From positions 736,001-800,000 of the forward strand of contig BK006936.2 in the NCBI GenBank assembly GCA_000146045.2: a DNA stretch of 64,000 bases, written 5' to 3'. This stretch comes from TPA_inf: Saccharomyces (lineage: Eukaryota). A model generated the notes under the pieces. The model saw nothing but the letters and a program-made list of their open reading frames with translations, was not told the DNA's origin and did not search any database. The number at the start of each line of letters is the position of its first letter. The stretch's first letter is position 1. This document shows positions 21,620 through 32,942 of this stretch, piece after piece. The position numbers and the translations under genes were made by a program.

Positions 21620-24043
21620 TCATGTGTACTTCATATTAACCTCAGCGATACCCCTACAGATGATGTGCCAATCCATAGTTTTGTCTTTTTCGCGATTATA
21701 ATGCTTTTTCCACCATTTGAAGAGCTCATATACGAAGAACAAGTTTGGTTGAATGATAACATTAAGCCTCCGTACCCTCACAAACAAATACGCACTTGCC
21801 AGGTCACACTGGAGATATCTCATACATTCAGCTATACAAACTGTTGCAGATCTGGAGACTCCGACCATACAATGCACCAGAACTTTCCCTCCTGTTGCTT
21901 CGGAATTGCTAATAAAATCCAAAACTTTGTCTATTTGGTGGAAAAGCGGATCTTTGCCGTTGTCATCTAGATTTTCGATCTGGCAAATTTGAAATCCAGA
22001 ATTTTCACTTATTACTACGTTGCTGCCATTTTCTTGCTTATCGCTGACCACAGTATCAGCTCTATTTCTGCTTTTATTACATGTAGTATTACCTGCAACT
22101 TCATTGGTATTCGTCATAGTTATTGCACGATGTGGCCTTACAGGATGAGCAATTTTATCCTTATTCAATGTCCATGAAACAACTTCACCGACAGAAACTA
22201 TATGCGTAATTCCTAGAGACTTAAGTAAGGCAGGATTTTGTGCATGATCCAGGGATCCCAAATACAAGTGACGTAGAATCCGGGATGGCAGTGGGCCCTT
22301 CAAATTAACGAAATTAGACTCAAGAGGAATCTTCATAAAAAATATGCTACTAAAAAGCTCTGAAGAAATGTGTAATTGAAAGCTTTTATCCCTAAATTTC
22401 AATGCATTGGCATATAATTTTAGATTACTTCCATTCTGCGGACTAAACTCCCGCAGGACAGGTTGTAAATGGCCTAAAATTTGCAAGTCTGATGGAAAAA
22501 GGAAAAATGGTCTTGGATGGATCCTCAAAAGAGCGTCTTGTAACGGAATATTAAAGTGGAATATAATATAAGCTGTTAATAATAATGACGTTTCTGTATA
22601 TCCGTCTTCGCAATACATGAACGTCAATAATTCTTGAACTTGGGATACTTGAAATATTAAATAACAAACATTCAAAAGAATTTCCACAGACTGAATGTTT
22701 AAGTTCCCCAAACCTATACTACCTGAGGCAGGGAAAGTCAAATGCAAATGCTCTTGTGATTTTGACGCATCATCGTCTAATAAAAGATCTAGATATGTTC
22801 GGATTTTCGTTAACGACGGCATTTGCGAGTTTGACGTACATTTTATGATCAATTTCCACACCTCTTTTGTATTCGGTATGTTATACAGTTGAGAAATGGA
22901 GGTTGTCGGATTGTCCGTATCATAATTTAGAGACTTTAAATTTACTATGCTTGTATTCTCTTCGAAACGGTGGGTCAGAGATATATTGTTTTTTTTAATT
23001 ATTTGATAATTATGCCAATCAGTGGTGTTACCGCAAATCAACCCTGTTTCCTCCAATCGTGTAGCTGAAGTCAGCTTATTCAACTCTAACTTCTCGCACA
23101 AAACCATATTCTTATCAACGTTATTGAAACACACTATTTCACTAGGTGACGAACATAAATTCAAGGGAGTATTATTCTTGAAAAATTCGTTGTCTAATAA
23201 AGGTGTACCAATCAAAGTTTGAGGTATATCTGTATTGAAATTCTGATAAGTGCAAATAAAAAGATTCGTCTTGTAAAGCGATCCTCCACTCCCTACATAA
23301 CCCTTTTGAACAAACATTAAACAGATCTGTAAAAGTAGTGCAAGGGTTGTACAATTGGGGCAATTTCCCTCGTGTGAGCACGCTGGCGCTGATTCTGTTT
23401 GCATATCAGTGCTGCCACCAGTCCGCGAACAATAAATTACTATATTATCAACCATTTCTATCATCTTGGCACATTGCAGGTCGAACCTTCGGAATAGACC
23501 TCTCCTTCCCCAGACGTCCTGCCCACTCCGTTTTAGCGTGGTATTAGACCCAACCTTGTTTCTAGAATACCTTTTAAGTTCTAATGATAGTCCACGAGGA
23601 TCTACTTTCAGAAATGGTAAAATGCTATGATTGTGACAATAAGTAGCAGCGTTTTCCAAAGCAACATCATCCACTTGCAATTCCAATTGTCGTATCTGAA
23701 ACTTTAGCAAGTTCAAAAGTTCCTTTGTGTTATTGGGATATTGAAAACCATTAGAATCATTTCCAGTTTCACAGGTATCGCCCTCTCTATGAAAGGAAGT
23801 GCGAACTTTCCAGGACTGGAAGATATCATTCACTTCGAGAGAATTACGCAAAAGCGCAGAATTGTTAGCATCTGATTGCGATTTGACTATTGCAAGAGAA
23901 TGAGGAAAATCGGGTGGTTGACCAAAGGAAATATCATGAGCCCAGGGGAACATTTTTTTACATTCAGGCCATTCTGCATCCTGATGTAGTCGCATAAGAT
24001 CATGCAGTTCACCAGGTGTGATTGAGGGCACTTCCAAAACCAT
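21620..24043 (-). CDS. PPS1: Dual-specificity protein phosphatase (807 aa); YBR276C
   Basis: C-terminal DSP catalytic domain with a CX5R active site (VHCMVGVSRSAT). Length matches. Confidence 0.9.
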   Translation of the reverse strand: MVLEVPSITPGELHDLMRLHQDAEWPECKKMFPWAHDISFGQPPDFPHSLAIVKSQSDANNSALLRNSLEVNDIFQSWKVRTSFHREGDTCETGNDSNGFQYPNNTKELLNLLKFQIRQLELQVDDVALENAATYCHNHSILPFLKVDPRGLSLELKRYSRNKVGSNTTLKRSGQDVWGRRGLFRRFDLQCAKMIEMVDNIVIYCSRTGGSTDMQTESAPACSHEGNCPNCTTLALLLQICLMFVQKGYVGSGGSLYKTNLFICTYQNFNTDIPQTLIGTPLLDNEFFKNNTPLNLCSSPSEIVCFNNVDKNMVLCEKLELNKLTSATRLEETGLICGNTTDWHNYQIIKKNNISLTHRFEENTSIVNLKSLNYDTDNPTTSISQLYNIPNTKEVWKLIIKCTSNSQMPSLTKIRTYLDLLLDDDASKSQEHLHLTFPASGSIGLGNLNIQSVEILLNVCYLIFQVSQVQELLTFMYCEDGYTETSLLLTAYIIFHFNIPLQDALLRIHPRPFFLFPSDLQILGHLQPVLREFSPQNGSNLKLYANALKFRDKSFQLHISSELFSSIFFMKIPLESNFVNLKGPLPSRILRHLYLGSLDHAQNPALLKSLGITHIVSVGEVVSWTLNKDKIAHPVRPHRAITMTNTNEVAGNTTCNKSRNRADTVVSDKQENGSNVVISENSGFQICQIENLDDNGKDPLFHQIDKVLDFISNSEATGGKVLVHCMVGVSRSATVCIAECMRYLQCDLASAYLFVRVRRLNVIIQPNLFFVYELFKWWKKHYNREKDKTMDWHIICRGIAEVNMKYT

Positions 24044-24214
24044 GGTTGTTGCTCTAGTTTTCTATACCCGCCCCTTCTACCTCAATGACAATCTCTCTTT
24101 TATGGTTGGTGTTTCTTTTCACTTTTTTACTTCTTCTTGTACTTTTCTTTTTGAACCTTAAAAACTCTTGCAATTATGTTTCCATGATGCTTTTGAAGTA
24201 ATAATTTATTTTTA

Positions 24215-24616
24215 TTACGCGAAATTAATGGCCTTAACAACTGCCTGCCCCAACAGATAAAAACAAGCAAGGGTCAACCGTGTTGCAAAAAAAATGTCCA
24301 ACTTAGTTAAAGAAAAAGCACCTGTCTTTCCTATATCTAAAGTAAAGAAGATTGCCAAATGCGACCCCGAATACGTAATTACATCTAATGTAGCTATATC
24401 AGCGACCGCATTCGCTGCTGAGTTATTTGTACAGAATCTCGTCGAAGAATCGCTGGTCTTAGCACAACTGAATTCGAAAGGAAAGACAAGCCTACGATTA
24501 AGCCTAAATTCTATAGAAGAATGTGTCGAAAAAAGAGATAATTTCAGGTTTCTAGAGGATGCCATTAAACAACTGAAGAAGAATAGCGCACTCGACAAGA
24601 AGAGAGAACTAAACAT
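24215..24616 (-). other. Dubious ORF antisense to the DPB3 promoter and 5' end (133 aa); YBR277C
   Basis: Hydrophobic, low-complexity antisense ORF overlapping DPB3. The reference annotation lists it as dubious. Confidence 0.3.
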
Positions 24617-24899
24617 GCAACCGGGTCGGAGCGATCAAGAGGTTGTTATAGAAGAGCCTGAATTGCATGAGGATGATGGTGTAGAGGAAGAAGAAGAAGA
24701 AGACGAGGTATCCGAAGAAGAAGAGCCCGTACACAATGAAGAACTTCTTGATGATAGTAAAGATCAACAAAATGATAAATCCACGCGCAGTGTGGCAAGC
24801 TTGCTGTCGAGATTCCAGTATAAATCCGCACTAGACGTAGGAGAACACTCCGACTCTTCTGATATCGAAGTTGACCATACGAAAAGCACCGATCCTTAG
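24294..24899 (+). CDS. DPB3: DNA polymerase epsilon third subunit, histone-fold protein (201 aa); YBR278W
   Basis: N-terminal histone-fold (CBF/NF-Y-like) region followed by a strongly acidic tail (EEEEEEDEVSEEEEP). Confidence 0.9.
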   Translation: MSNLVKEKAPVFPISKVKKIAKCDPEYVITSNVAISATAFAAELFVQNLVEESLVLAQLNSKGKTSLRLSLNSIEECVEKRDNFRFLEDAIKQLKKNSALDKKRELNMQPGRSDQEVVIEEPELHEDDGVEEEEEEDEVSEEEEPVHNEELLDDSKDQQNDKSTRSVASLLSRFQYKSALDVGEHSDSSDIEVDHTKSTDP

Positions 24900-25256
24900 T
24901 GTTGTTGCTATTATTGCTATGTAATTACTATTCGATGCAATATGTTATACATATACATACACGCAATGAGAACCCTAACCTTGAACTTACTATTTTAAAA
25001 GGACATCTCGAAAAAGCTTAGGGATAATTAATATTTTGTAGGTTAGAGCTGTTATGTAGGGAAGAAAAACAAGGGCTTTAAAATAATAATCACATTACAC
25101 GAATAACTTAATTTGTCTTTCTGAAATGGAAAAAGAAAAAAATGACGACTGTAACATTGGATGAATTAATACTGTCATTATTGATACGTTGTTAATTATA
25201 GACAGAAATGTATTCAGTACAATAGAACAGTGCTCATAATAGTATAAAGGGTCACA

Positions 25257-26594
25257 ATGTCCAAAAAACAGGAATATATTGCACCAATAAAATACCAAAA
25301 CAGCTTGCCTGTGCCACAATTACCTCCTAAACTTCTGGTTTACCCCGAGTCTCCGGAGACGAATGCAGACTCCTCCCAACTAATCAATTCACTATACATC
25401 AAAACAAACGTCACTAATCTAATTCAACAGGATGAAGATTTAGGTATGCCGGTTGATTTGATGAAATTCCCAGGCCTATTGAACAAATTAGATTCTAAAC
25501 TGCTTTACGGCTTTGATAATGTGAAATTGGACAAAGATGATCGAATTTTACTGAGGGACCCTAGAATAGATAGACTGACCAAGACTGATATATCAAAGGT
25601 TACCTTCTTGAGACGCACCGAATATGTCTCCAATACAATTGCAGCCCATGATAACACATCGTTGAAAAGGAAAAGGCGCTTGGATGATGGAGATTCGGAT
25701 GATGAAAACCTTGATGTTAATCATATAATTAGTAGGGTCGAAGGAACATTCAATAAGACGGACAAATGGCAACATCCGGTGAAGAAGGGTGTCAAGATGG
25801 TTAAAAAATGGGACCTATTGCCCGACACAGCTTCAATGGACCAGGTGTATTTTATCCTAAAATTCATGGGCAGTGCATCATTGGATACTAAAGAAAAAAA
25901 ATCTTTAAATACAGGAATTTTCAGGCCAGTGGAACTGGAAGAAGACGAATGGATTTCCATGTATGCCACAGATCATAAGGACTCTGCCATTCTGGAAAAC
26001 GAATTGGAAAAGGGTATGGATGAAATGGATGATGACTCTCATGAAGGTAAAATATACAAGTTTAAAAGGATAAGAGACTACGACATGAAACAAGTGGCTG
26101 AAAAGCCAATGACAGAGTTAGCTATACGTTTGAATGATAAGGACGGCATAGCTTACTACAAACCCCTACGTTCAAAGATCGAATTAAGACGTAGGAGAGT
26201 AAACGACATCATTAAACCTTTGGTGAAGGAGCACGATATAGACCAACTTAATGTTACTTTGAGAAACCCTAGCACTAAGGAAGCTAACATAAGGGACAAG
26301 TTAAGAATGAAGTTTGACCCCATAAATTTCGCCACTGTAGATGAAGAAGACGATGAAGACGAGGAGCAACCAGAAGACGTTAAGAAAGAATCGGAAGGCG
26401 ATTCAAAAACAGAAGGTTCTGAGCAAGAAGGAGAAAATGAGAAGGATGAAGAAATCAAACAGGAAAAAGAGAATGAACAAGATGAAGAAAATAAACAAGA
26501 TGAAAACCGTGCAGCTGATACGCCCGAAACTTCAGATGCTGTTCATACTGAACAAAAACCAGAGGAAGAAAAGGAAACTTTACAAGAAGAATAG
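25257..26594 (+). CDS. PAF1: RNA polymerase II-associated factor 1, Paf1 complex subunit (445 aa); YBR279W
   Basis: 445-aa ORF with a conserved Paf1 core and an acidic E/D/K-rich C-terminus. Length and position match. Confidence 0.9.
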   Translation: MSKKQEYIAPIKYQNSLPVPQLPPKLLVYPESPETNADSSQLINSLYIKTNVTNLIQQDEDLGMPVDLMKFPGLLNKLDSKLLYGFDNVKLDKDDRILLRDPRIDRLTKTDISKVTFLRRTEYVSNTIAAHDNTSLKRKRRLDDGDSDDENLDVNHIISRVEGTFNKTDKWQHPVKKGVKMVKKWDLLPDTASMDQVYFILKFMGSASLDTKEKKSLNTGIFRPVELEEDEWISMYATDHKDSAILENELEKGMDEMDDDSHEGKIYKFKRIRDYDMKQVAEKPMTELAIRLNDKDGIAYYKPLRSKIELRRRRVNDIIKPLVKEHDIDQLNVTLRNPSTKEANIRDKLRMKFDPINFATVDEEDDEDEEQPEDVKKESEGDSKTEGSEQEGENEKDEEIKQEKENEQDEENKQDENRAADTPETSDAVHTEQKPEEEKETLQEE

Positions 26595-26783
26595 AATATT
26601 GAGAAGTGAAGGGAGATTGATTTTAAACCTGTAGTTCTTTTTACATTTGTTTGGAAATAAAAAAACCAAAGTAAATATTATAAATATGTATTAATAAAAT
26701 ATGCATTACCTCAATGTAGAAGAAAAAGATAGTGAGCACCCAAACGGAATCCAAAATGCAAAATCGAAATGACACCTAAAAAT

Positions 26784-28697
26784 TCAATGCTTCTTGATGA
26801 TTAATGCACCGGTTTGCCAGCCACCAGCAGTTACACTGACACAAATATAATCTTCAGGTAGTTCTATTTTCGTGGGCTTAACGACCCTAATGTTTCTTTG
26901 CCCTTCCCAATTGCCAATATGTAGCTCGTTAACTATTTTTTCAGAAGGGCCCAATCCTAAGCACCCACAATCCTGACTTTCAATACCCCATGAATACAAA
27001 TGACCGCGTTCGGTTAGTGCCACCGTGTGATAGTCACCACTTGCAACGGAGATAACATTTTCATTGATGTCTAGCTCCGTTAAACTATCTTTATCGACAT
27101 CTCCATTTGTTACTTTCAAAGTATAACAGTGAGTATCGGTGAAGAGGACTAATGAAGCAAAACAGGCGTTAATTTTGCACAGTTTTCCGACAATATTTAA
27201 ATCTACTATCTGGTTCAGTCCATTGTGGTACTTCCATAGTTTATCGCCGTTGTTATTAATGAAGAAAACGCAGTTATCTTGTAAACATGCAAAGTCGACA
27301 ATCCTGGAGTCTCCATTAACATCATTCGTATTCGGGACAATCTCGTATTTTGCAAAAGCAAAGCTCTCGCCCTTTTGAATAGCATCTCTTTCTTTCCATG
27401 CAACCAACCCGACCTTATATATATAGCAACAATTGAAATTCCAACCACTAGCAATTTTCAAAATAGGATTCGTAGCACGACTAGGTAGGTTAGCAAACTC
27501 AATTTTGACACCTTGGTCAGATTCCGTTGAGTCCCAAGAATAAATATTGTTATCTGTATCCATTGCTAGGAAATGACTTCTCCCAGAGCTTACCGCGACA
27601 AATTGAATATCATTAAATGATCCTAAATTTTCATCCCTACCACTATATAATGGGAAAGAATTTCTTGCGAACATTCTCCTGATATGATTATTTCCTGGTA
27701 CAGCCTTGTTAGCACTTCGTTCCAGCATTTCTATCTGGCTGTAAATATTCTCATGCGGCCCCATTGAAGGCATTGTAGTTCTAGGGACACCACTATGGCT
27801 CCCTCCGGGAGAGGCTGCAGGCGCACCTCCGCTATCTATGGTAATATGCTGAGCTGTAGTTGCATTTCCTGGTTCATAAGCAGTAGATGGATGGCTACCG
27901 CTCATTCTCCTTCCAGAAAATGTACCCGTGGTATTGACAGTACTCCCATTACTGCGGCTAGTGATCCGCGGATACGATCTTTCCATATTGTGAATCATTT
28001 CTCTGAAGGGATTATAATCATGCTGTGAACCACTGGGACCTGGTCCTTTTAACCCTCCAGAAAAAGTGGATCCGCTGCTGTAAAGGTTACCTGACTCAGT
28101 CAATATTTGGAAAGAAAAACCACCACTAGATACTTGAGCTATGATTTCGTCTCCATCCTTCTTGATGGCGCTTAACGGGTCCTCTGAAGGAGTGAAGTTA
28201 CTAGTTCTAGATGTTGTCCTACTGTTAAACCAAGGAACTTCAGTGGGGGTATTGACACCATATTTGAACCGCGGACTTGGCCCGTTTAGTGAAGTGGCGA
28301 CAAGTTCATTATTGGAACTCGCGGTATAGCCCAACCTTCCATGCTTTAAATAACCCCAACTATAAAACTTTGCATCATATGCCCGTAATTGGTATACTTC
28401 CTGCCATGACAAGGTGGGGAATGCTTCTCTTAAAATCGTCTCTGTGCAGGTCTTAAATTCCGCCGAATTTCGACCCTGGAAAGGCTCGTCATTTGTCTTT
28501 AATGTCCCAAATGCCTTATGAAATAGTTCATGCCACAAAATTTTAGAGTGGTCAAAATCTAGTAATGTATTATAATACTTATTTGTCTGCGAGAGGTTCT
28601 TAATATCATCACTGCTTAAAAATGGTAGCGTAGCTTGAACGATATCTGGGGACAATCCTGCGTCAGGCTCCTTTTCTCTGCTCTCAACTTCACTCAT
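26784..28697 (-). CDS. SAF1: SCF F-box protein with RCC1-like repeats (637 aa); YBR280C
   Basis: N-terminal F-box-like segment and C-terminal RCC1/beta-propeller-like repeats (GxxHxxAL-type motifs). I call the start at the second Met (MSEVESREKE) for 637 aa; the longest ORF is 642 aa. Confidence 0.87.
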   Translation of the reverse strand: MSEVESREKEPDAGLSPDIVQATLPFLSSDDIKNLSQTNKYYNTLLDFDHSKILWHELFHKAFGTLKTNDEPFQGRNSAEFKTCTETILREAFPTLSWQEVYQLRAYDAKFYSWGYLKHGRLGYTASSNNELVATSLNGPSPRFKYGVNTPTEVPWFNSRTTSRTSNFTPSEDPLSAIKKDGDEIIAQVSSGGFSFQILTESGNLYSSGSTFSGGLKGPGPSGSQHDYNPFREMIHNMERSYPRITSRSNGSTVNTTGTFSGRRMSGSHPSTAYEPGNATTAQHITIDSGGAPAASPGGSHSGVPRTTMPSMGPHENIYSQIEMLERSANKAVPGNNHIRRMFARNSFPLYSGRDENLGSFNDIQFVAVSSGRSHFLAMDTDNNIYSWDSTESDQGVKIEFANLPSRATNPILKIASGWNFNCCYIYKVGLVAWKERDAIQKGESFAFAKYEIVPNTNDVNGDSRIVDFACLQDNCVFFINNNGDKLWKYHNGLNQIVDLNIVGKLCKINACFASLVLFTDTHCYTLKVTNGDVDKDSLTELDINENVISVASGDYHTVALTERGHLYSWGIESQDCGCLGLGPSEKIVNELHIGNWEGQRNIRVVKPTKIELPEDYICVSVTAGGWQTGALIIKKH

Positions 28698-28969
28698 GAT
28701 GTGCTTTTCCATTTATAATTGAGAGTATATCCTTTGGACAATAAAACTATACTCCAAAAAAGGGGTTGGAGCTTTTATACGCCTTTATCCATTAATCATC
28801 CGTTTGCTCAATAAAAGGGTCTCGGCGAGGCGCCCGGAAGAATCATCTAGCAATACCTTCAAAATAATACGGACATTAAATACAAATTAACTAATTATCA
28901 TTAGGTAGAGGCCTACATATGCAAATTGGGTATATATTAAGCACTTTAAAATCAATTGTTTGTAGTTGT

Positions 28970-31606
28970 TTATAACCTATTGAATACTTTAGACAAAATC
29001 TCAGTCAAATTAGACCAATTTTTGATTCTGAGATTTTCGTTGGCTAAATGGCCATTGTCAGTGGATTGGCCACATGGTATTTGAACAGCTGGCGCGTCGA
29101 ATATTCTTTCCAACATTCTCAAACATGAAATAGAACCTCCTTCTCTTACTAGCAATGGTTCTACGTCCCATGCAGTAGTAATTTCGTCCTTTAATATTTG
29201 GTATGCATGATTTGTTGGGTCACCCAACCAACCTTCTGCTTCGTTTAAAACTTTAATTTCTAGATGATTTTGAGATTTCAATTGCTTGAAACTTTCTTCT
29301 AAATACGCTTTGAGATCTCTCTTGACTTGTTCTACACTTTGCTCAGGTACTAACCTGATGGAGATACCCATGGTGACACTTTTTGGAATAACTGTTATGT
29401 TACCAGGACCGCTAAACTTGACTGTTGTCATAGACAAGGAAGGCTTAGTCCAGTTGGTAATTAAATCTTGAACAGTAGTATTTTCGTCGATATTTGCAAG
29501 CTCGGTAATTTTCTGAAACCTTTGATATTCTTCTTCAGTCAGATCTTTCAATGGTGAATAAAAATTTGGAATCATAATTTCATTTTGTTCGTTTTGTAGT
29601 TTGGACACGATTTTCACTAAATTAACCATAGGTTCATCATAAACACCACCGTTAAGACCAGAATGTCCGTCAGGCTTATCGCTCCAGACTTTTATTTGGG
29701 CATTAATAACACCTCTCAATCCATAATTCAAGCATGGATGTTCTTGATCAACCCAAGTAGAATTACTTAATAAAATCCAGTCAATATCTTTTCCAATAAT
29801 ATCATGGTACTTTTCACAAACTTGCTTCAAACTAGCAGATCCGATTTCTTCACTTCCTTCCACCAAAAATACGACATCGTTCACCAATTCTCCCTGTTGA
29901 AACAAATACGCCACACTATGAATAGCGCTCACCAATGGCCCTTTATTATCTGATACTCCTCGACCTTTTAAGTATCCGTTTTCACAAGTTAAAGTAAATG
30001 GGTCGGTATTCCAGTTGAAAGTATTTCCAGACGATATAACGTCATAATGCCCATACCATAGAATACGCTTTTTCTTGGCACCCTTCACCTGTGAAACTTT
30101 CCCATTCCCTTGAAAATATGCGAATACAACAGGATTACCACCATCAGGCAATGGAAATAATTGGGAGTTTGTAGCTCCAAACTTCAAGAATAATTGTTGC
30201 AGGTAGATTGCACAACGCCTTAATGACAAAGTATTAGTAGTGTCTTTGCTTTGAGACACTGTCTGGAAAGAAATAAGTTCTCTCAGTGTGTTTAACATCT
30301 CCTCGTTATTTAGAGAGGCAGATTGATAGGCGGCCCATAAATTGGTGGTTTGTAATGTAGATGATGCATTGATGGGTGAGTTGCTTGACAGAGGCACCGC
30401 AGATAATAATGAGGTTATATCCCAGAGAGTCAATGACCCATCGCTACCACCCGTTAATAAACTAACAGATCCAGCATTTGATTTACTGAAAATCTCTGAG
30501 CTTAATATTTTTCCTTGTTGAGGGTTCCAATGGTTAACTTGGTTCTGGTAAAAATGCGTGATGCCTGATTCATCAATGGCAAATACATGGTCCATATAAA
30601 CTGATATTGAAATGACGTCCGATTCATGCTTTGTTTTCAGAGTTGAGATTATTTGCTGAGTATTTAAGTCCCAGATTTTTATAATCCCGTCAGTCAACCC
30701 GCAATATAAAAATGGGAACTCAATAGTTTGGGATATGACGCTATCTTCATTGTCGATTTTATCGTTTATCAAGGAGATTTTAACAGTGTTTTGCCCTTTA
30801 TCTTTAGAGAACTCCCAAAGCTTGCTTATTCCATCACCAGCGGATGAAATTATGTGCTCTGCACCAGAAGTTCGTGAGCTTTTTTCCAATAACTGATTAA
30901 ACCTGGGACACAATTTATTAATAGAATAAATAAACCCATAATGTGCATATTTAATAATGTTTTCGGAGGGAACCTCTATGATGGCAGCGCCACAGTTTTC
31001 TTGTAGAGAGGTCAATGAAGTTTGAGATAATGAATTTGAACTATATCCAGTCGGACCTAACGAATCAAAGAACTTATCATATCTTCTATGCGGTAATTTA
31101 TTGATATTTTCTACTCCATCAGAGGATTTTTTTTCAATCTTCTGAATCAAGTTCTCAACATATAGTAAGCTTGCATTTTGACAGCCAAAGACAATAGTTT
31201 CCAACGAATCCAAATATGCCAATGAGAAAATATCACCAATATCGGTCACTGAGTAAACAGTGGCTATTTCAGTAACAGGTAGAAAGTCATCTCTAATGGT
31301 CTTTTCGCCAATGGACCAAATTCTCACCAAAGAATCTGCGCCGCCTGAAAATAAAAAGTTTTCATCTTCTGATCCTGTCAAGCACAAAACCGAAGATCTG
31401 GTATGCGTTTCCTCTTGTGATTCGCCTAGTCTAATCGTATGTATTAGATTATATGTGGGAAGATCAAAAACCAATATCTTGGAGTCTTGGCTACCAGCAA
31501 ACAACAATCTTTTTTTTGGAAATGCAACAATGGATAAGATGGAAAAAGCGTGATTCCACCTATGAATTAGTTCAGAGTGCAATGCGACACCCCTGCTATC
31601 GTACAT
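28970..31606 (-). CDS. DUG2: Glutathione-degradation dipeptidase with WD40 N-terminus fused to an M20 metallopeptidase C-terminus (878 aa); YBR281C
   Basis: N-terminal half has WD repeats (WSIG, WDLN, WDIT). C-terminal half is an M20 peptidase (HYDVISSG, GRGVSDNKGP, LVEGSEEIGS). I call the start at MYDSRGVALH for 878 aa; the longest ORF is 889 aa. Confidence 0.9.
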   Translation of the reverse strand: MYDSRGVALHSELIHRWNHAFSILSIVAFPKKRLLFAGSQDSKILVFDLPTYNLIHTIRLGESQEETHTRSSVLCLTGSEDENFLFSGGADSLVRIWSIGEKTIRDDFLPVTEIATVYSVTDIGDIFSLAYLDSLETIVFGCQNASLLYVENLIQKIEKKSSDGVENINKLPHRRYDKFFDSLGPTGYSSNSLSQTSLTSLQENCGAAIIEVPSENIIKYAHYGFIYSINKLCPRFNQLLEKSSRTSGAEHIISSAGDGISKLWEFSKDKGQNTVKISLINDKIDNEDSVISQTIEFPFLYCGLTDGIIKIWDLNTQQIISTLKTKHESDVISISVYMDHVFAIDESGITHFYQNQVNHWNPQQGKILSSEIFSKSNAGSVSLLTGGSDGSLTLWDITSLLSAVPLSSNSPINASSTLQTTNLWAAYQSASLNNEEMLNTLRELISFQTVSQSKDTTNTLSLRRCAIYLQQLFLKFGATNSQLFPLPDGGNPVVFAYFQGNGKVSQVKGAKKKRILWYGHYDVISSGNTFNWNTDPFTLTCENGYLKGRGVSDNKGPLVSAIHSVAYLFQQGELVNDVVFLVEGSEEIGSASLKQVCEKYHDIIGKDIDWILLSNSTWVDQEHPCLNYGLRGVINAQIKVWSDKPDGHSGLNGGVYDEPMVNLVKIVSKLQNEQNEIMIPNFYSPLKDLTEEEYQRFQKITELANIDENTTVQDLITNWTKPSLSMTTVKFSGPGNITVIPKSVTMGISIRLVPEQSVEQVKRDLKAYLEESFKQLKSQNHLEIKVLNEAEGWLGDPTNHAYQILKDEITTAWDVEPLLVREGGSISCLRMLERIFDAPAVQIPCGQSTDNGHLANENLRIKNWSNLTEILSKVFNRL

Positions 31607-32221
31607 GATTTCACAATTACTTCTGCCCTCGTTTTTCACTTTTCCTTACAGGGTTGTTCGGTTTCTCGAAATAGTTTTTCACTTAAATAATTCAGTTACA
31701 CACATTTTATTGATATTGGTGCCACAGCTTTTCGCGGCGCACAATGCGATTATCACTCAAGTTTATGGTAAAGTCGGTATTCCCTCTCATGAGAAAAAAA
31801 AAAAAAGATACCATCTTCATTGAACTTCTAATTGCAGCAGTAATTGTGAGCAATGCTCAAGAGCTTCCTTACCATATAACAAAACATCGAAATCAGAGGA
31901 TCATTCTAGATCAAAGTGAAATGCCCTTAACTATGAAAAGGAATACGAAAATAGCTGTGAAGTGTTATTATAATTATTAACAAGGTTAGTAATCTTTAAA
32001 CAGAGCCTAATACTTGCGGGAAGGACTTTCAATGTTGCTTCACTGCAGCTTGTTGGCGGCTATTTGATGATGATTTTCTTGAGATACATAATTATTATTA
32101 TCACGTTTCACGGATTATTTTTGAAAAGCTAGAATTAATACAAAAGATAGGACTATTGAAGTAGTATACACCAATTTTTGCTTAAAAAAACTACGGGAAT
32201 CAAAGATTACCTTGAAAGTGA

Positions 32222-32680
<459 letters not shown>

Positions 32681-32942
32681 GTTATTTATAATCTTTCTTC
32701 AATATGCGTGTAAATACTAGTTTTCGACTTTATAGGTAGATAAAAAATAAAACTTAAGATTGTAAAACAAAATCAAATAAAACATGGCTTAGACATTGCA
32801 CCATATGTCATCTTTCTTTGAGTTAAATATAGATACATATAAATCTAAAAGAAGAGCAAAAAGTTCGTACGTATATAAATGCGCGTAGCAGAGAGAATTT
32901 GATCTTCTTTTTTGTTTTCCTTCTTTTTTTTCTTTTCTTTGT

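Noticed and set aside
26341-26634. 97-aa K/R-rich ORF on the plus strand overlapping the PAF1 C-terminus in another frame
   Set aside because: It is an alternative-frame reading of the GAA/AAG-rich DNA that encodes the acidic PAF1 tail, which gives low-complexity codon-bias artefacts.
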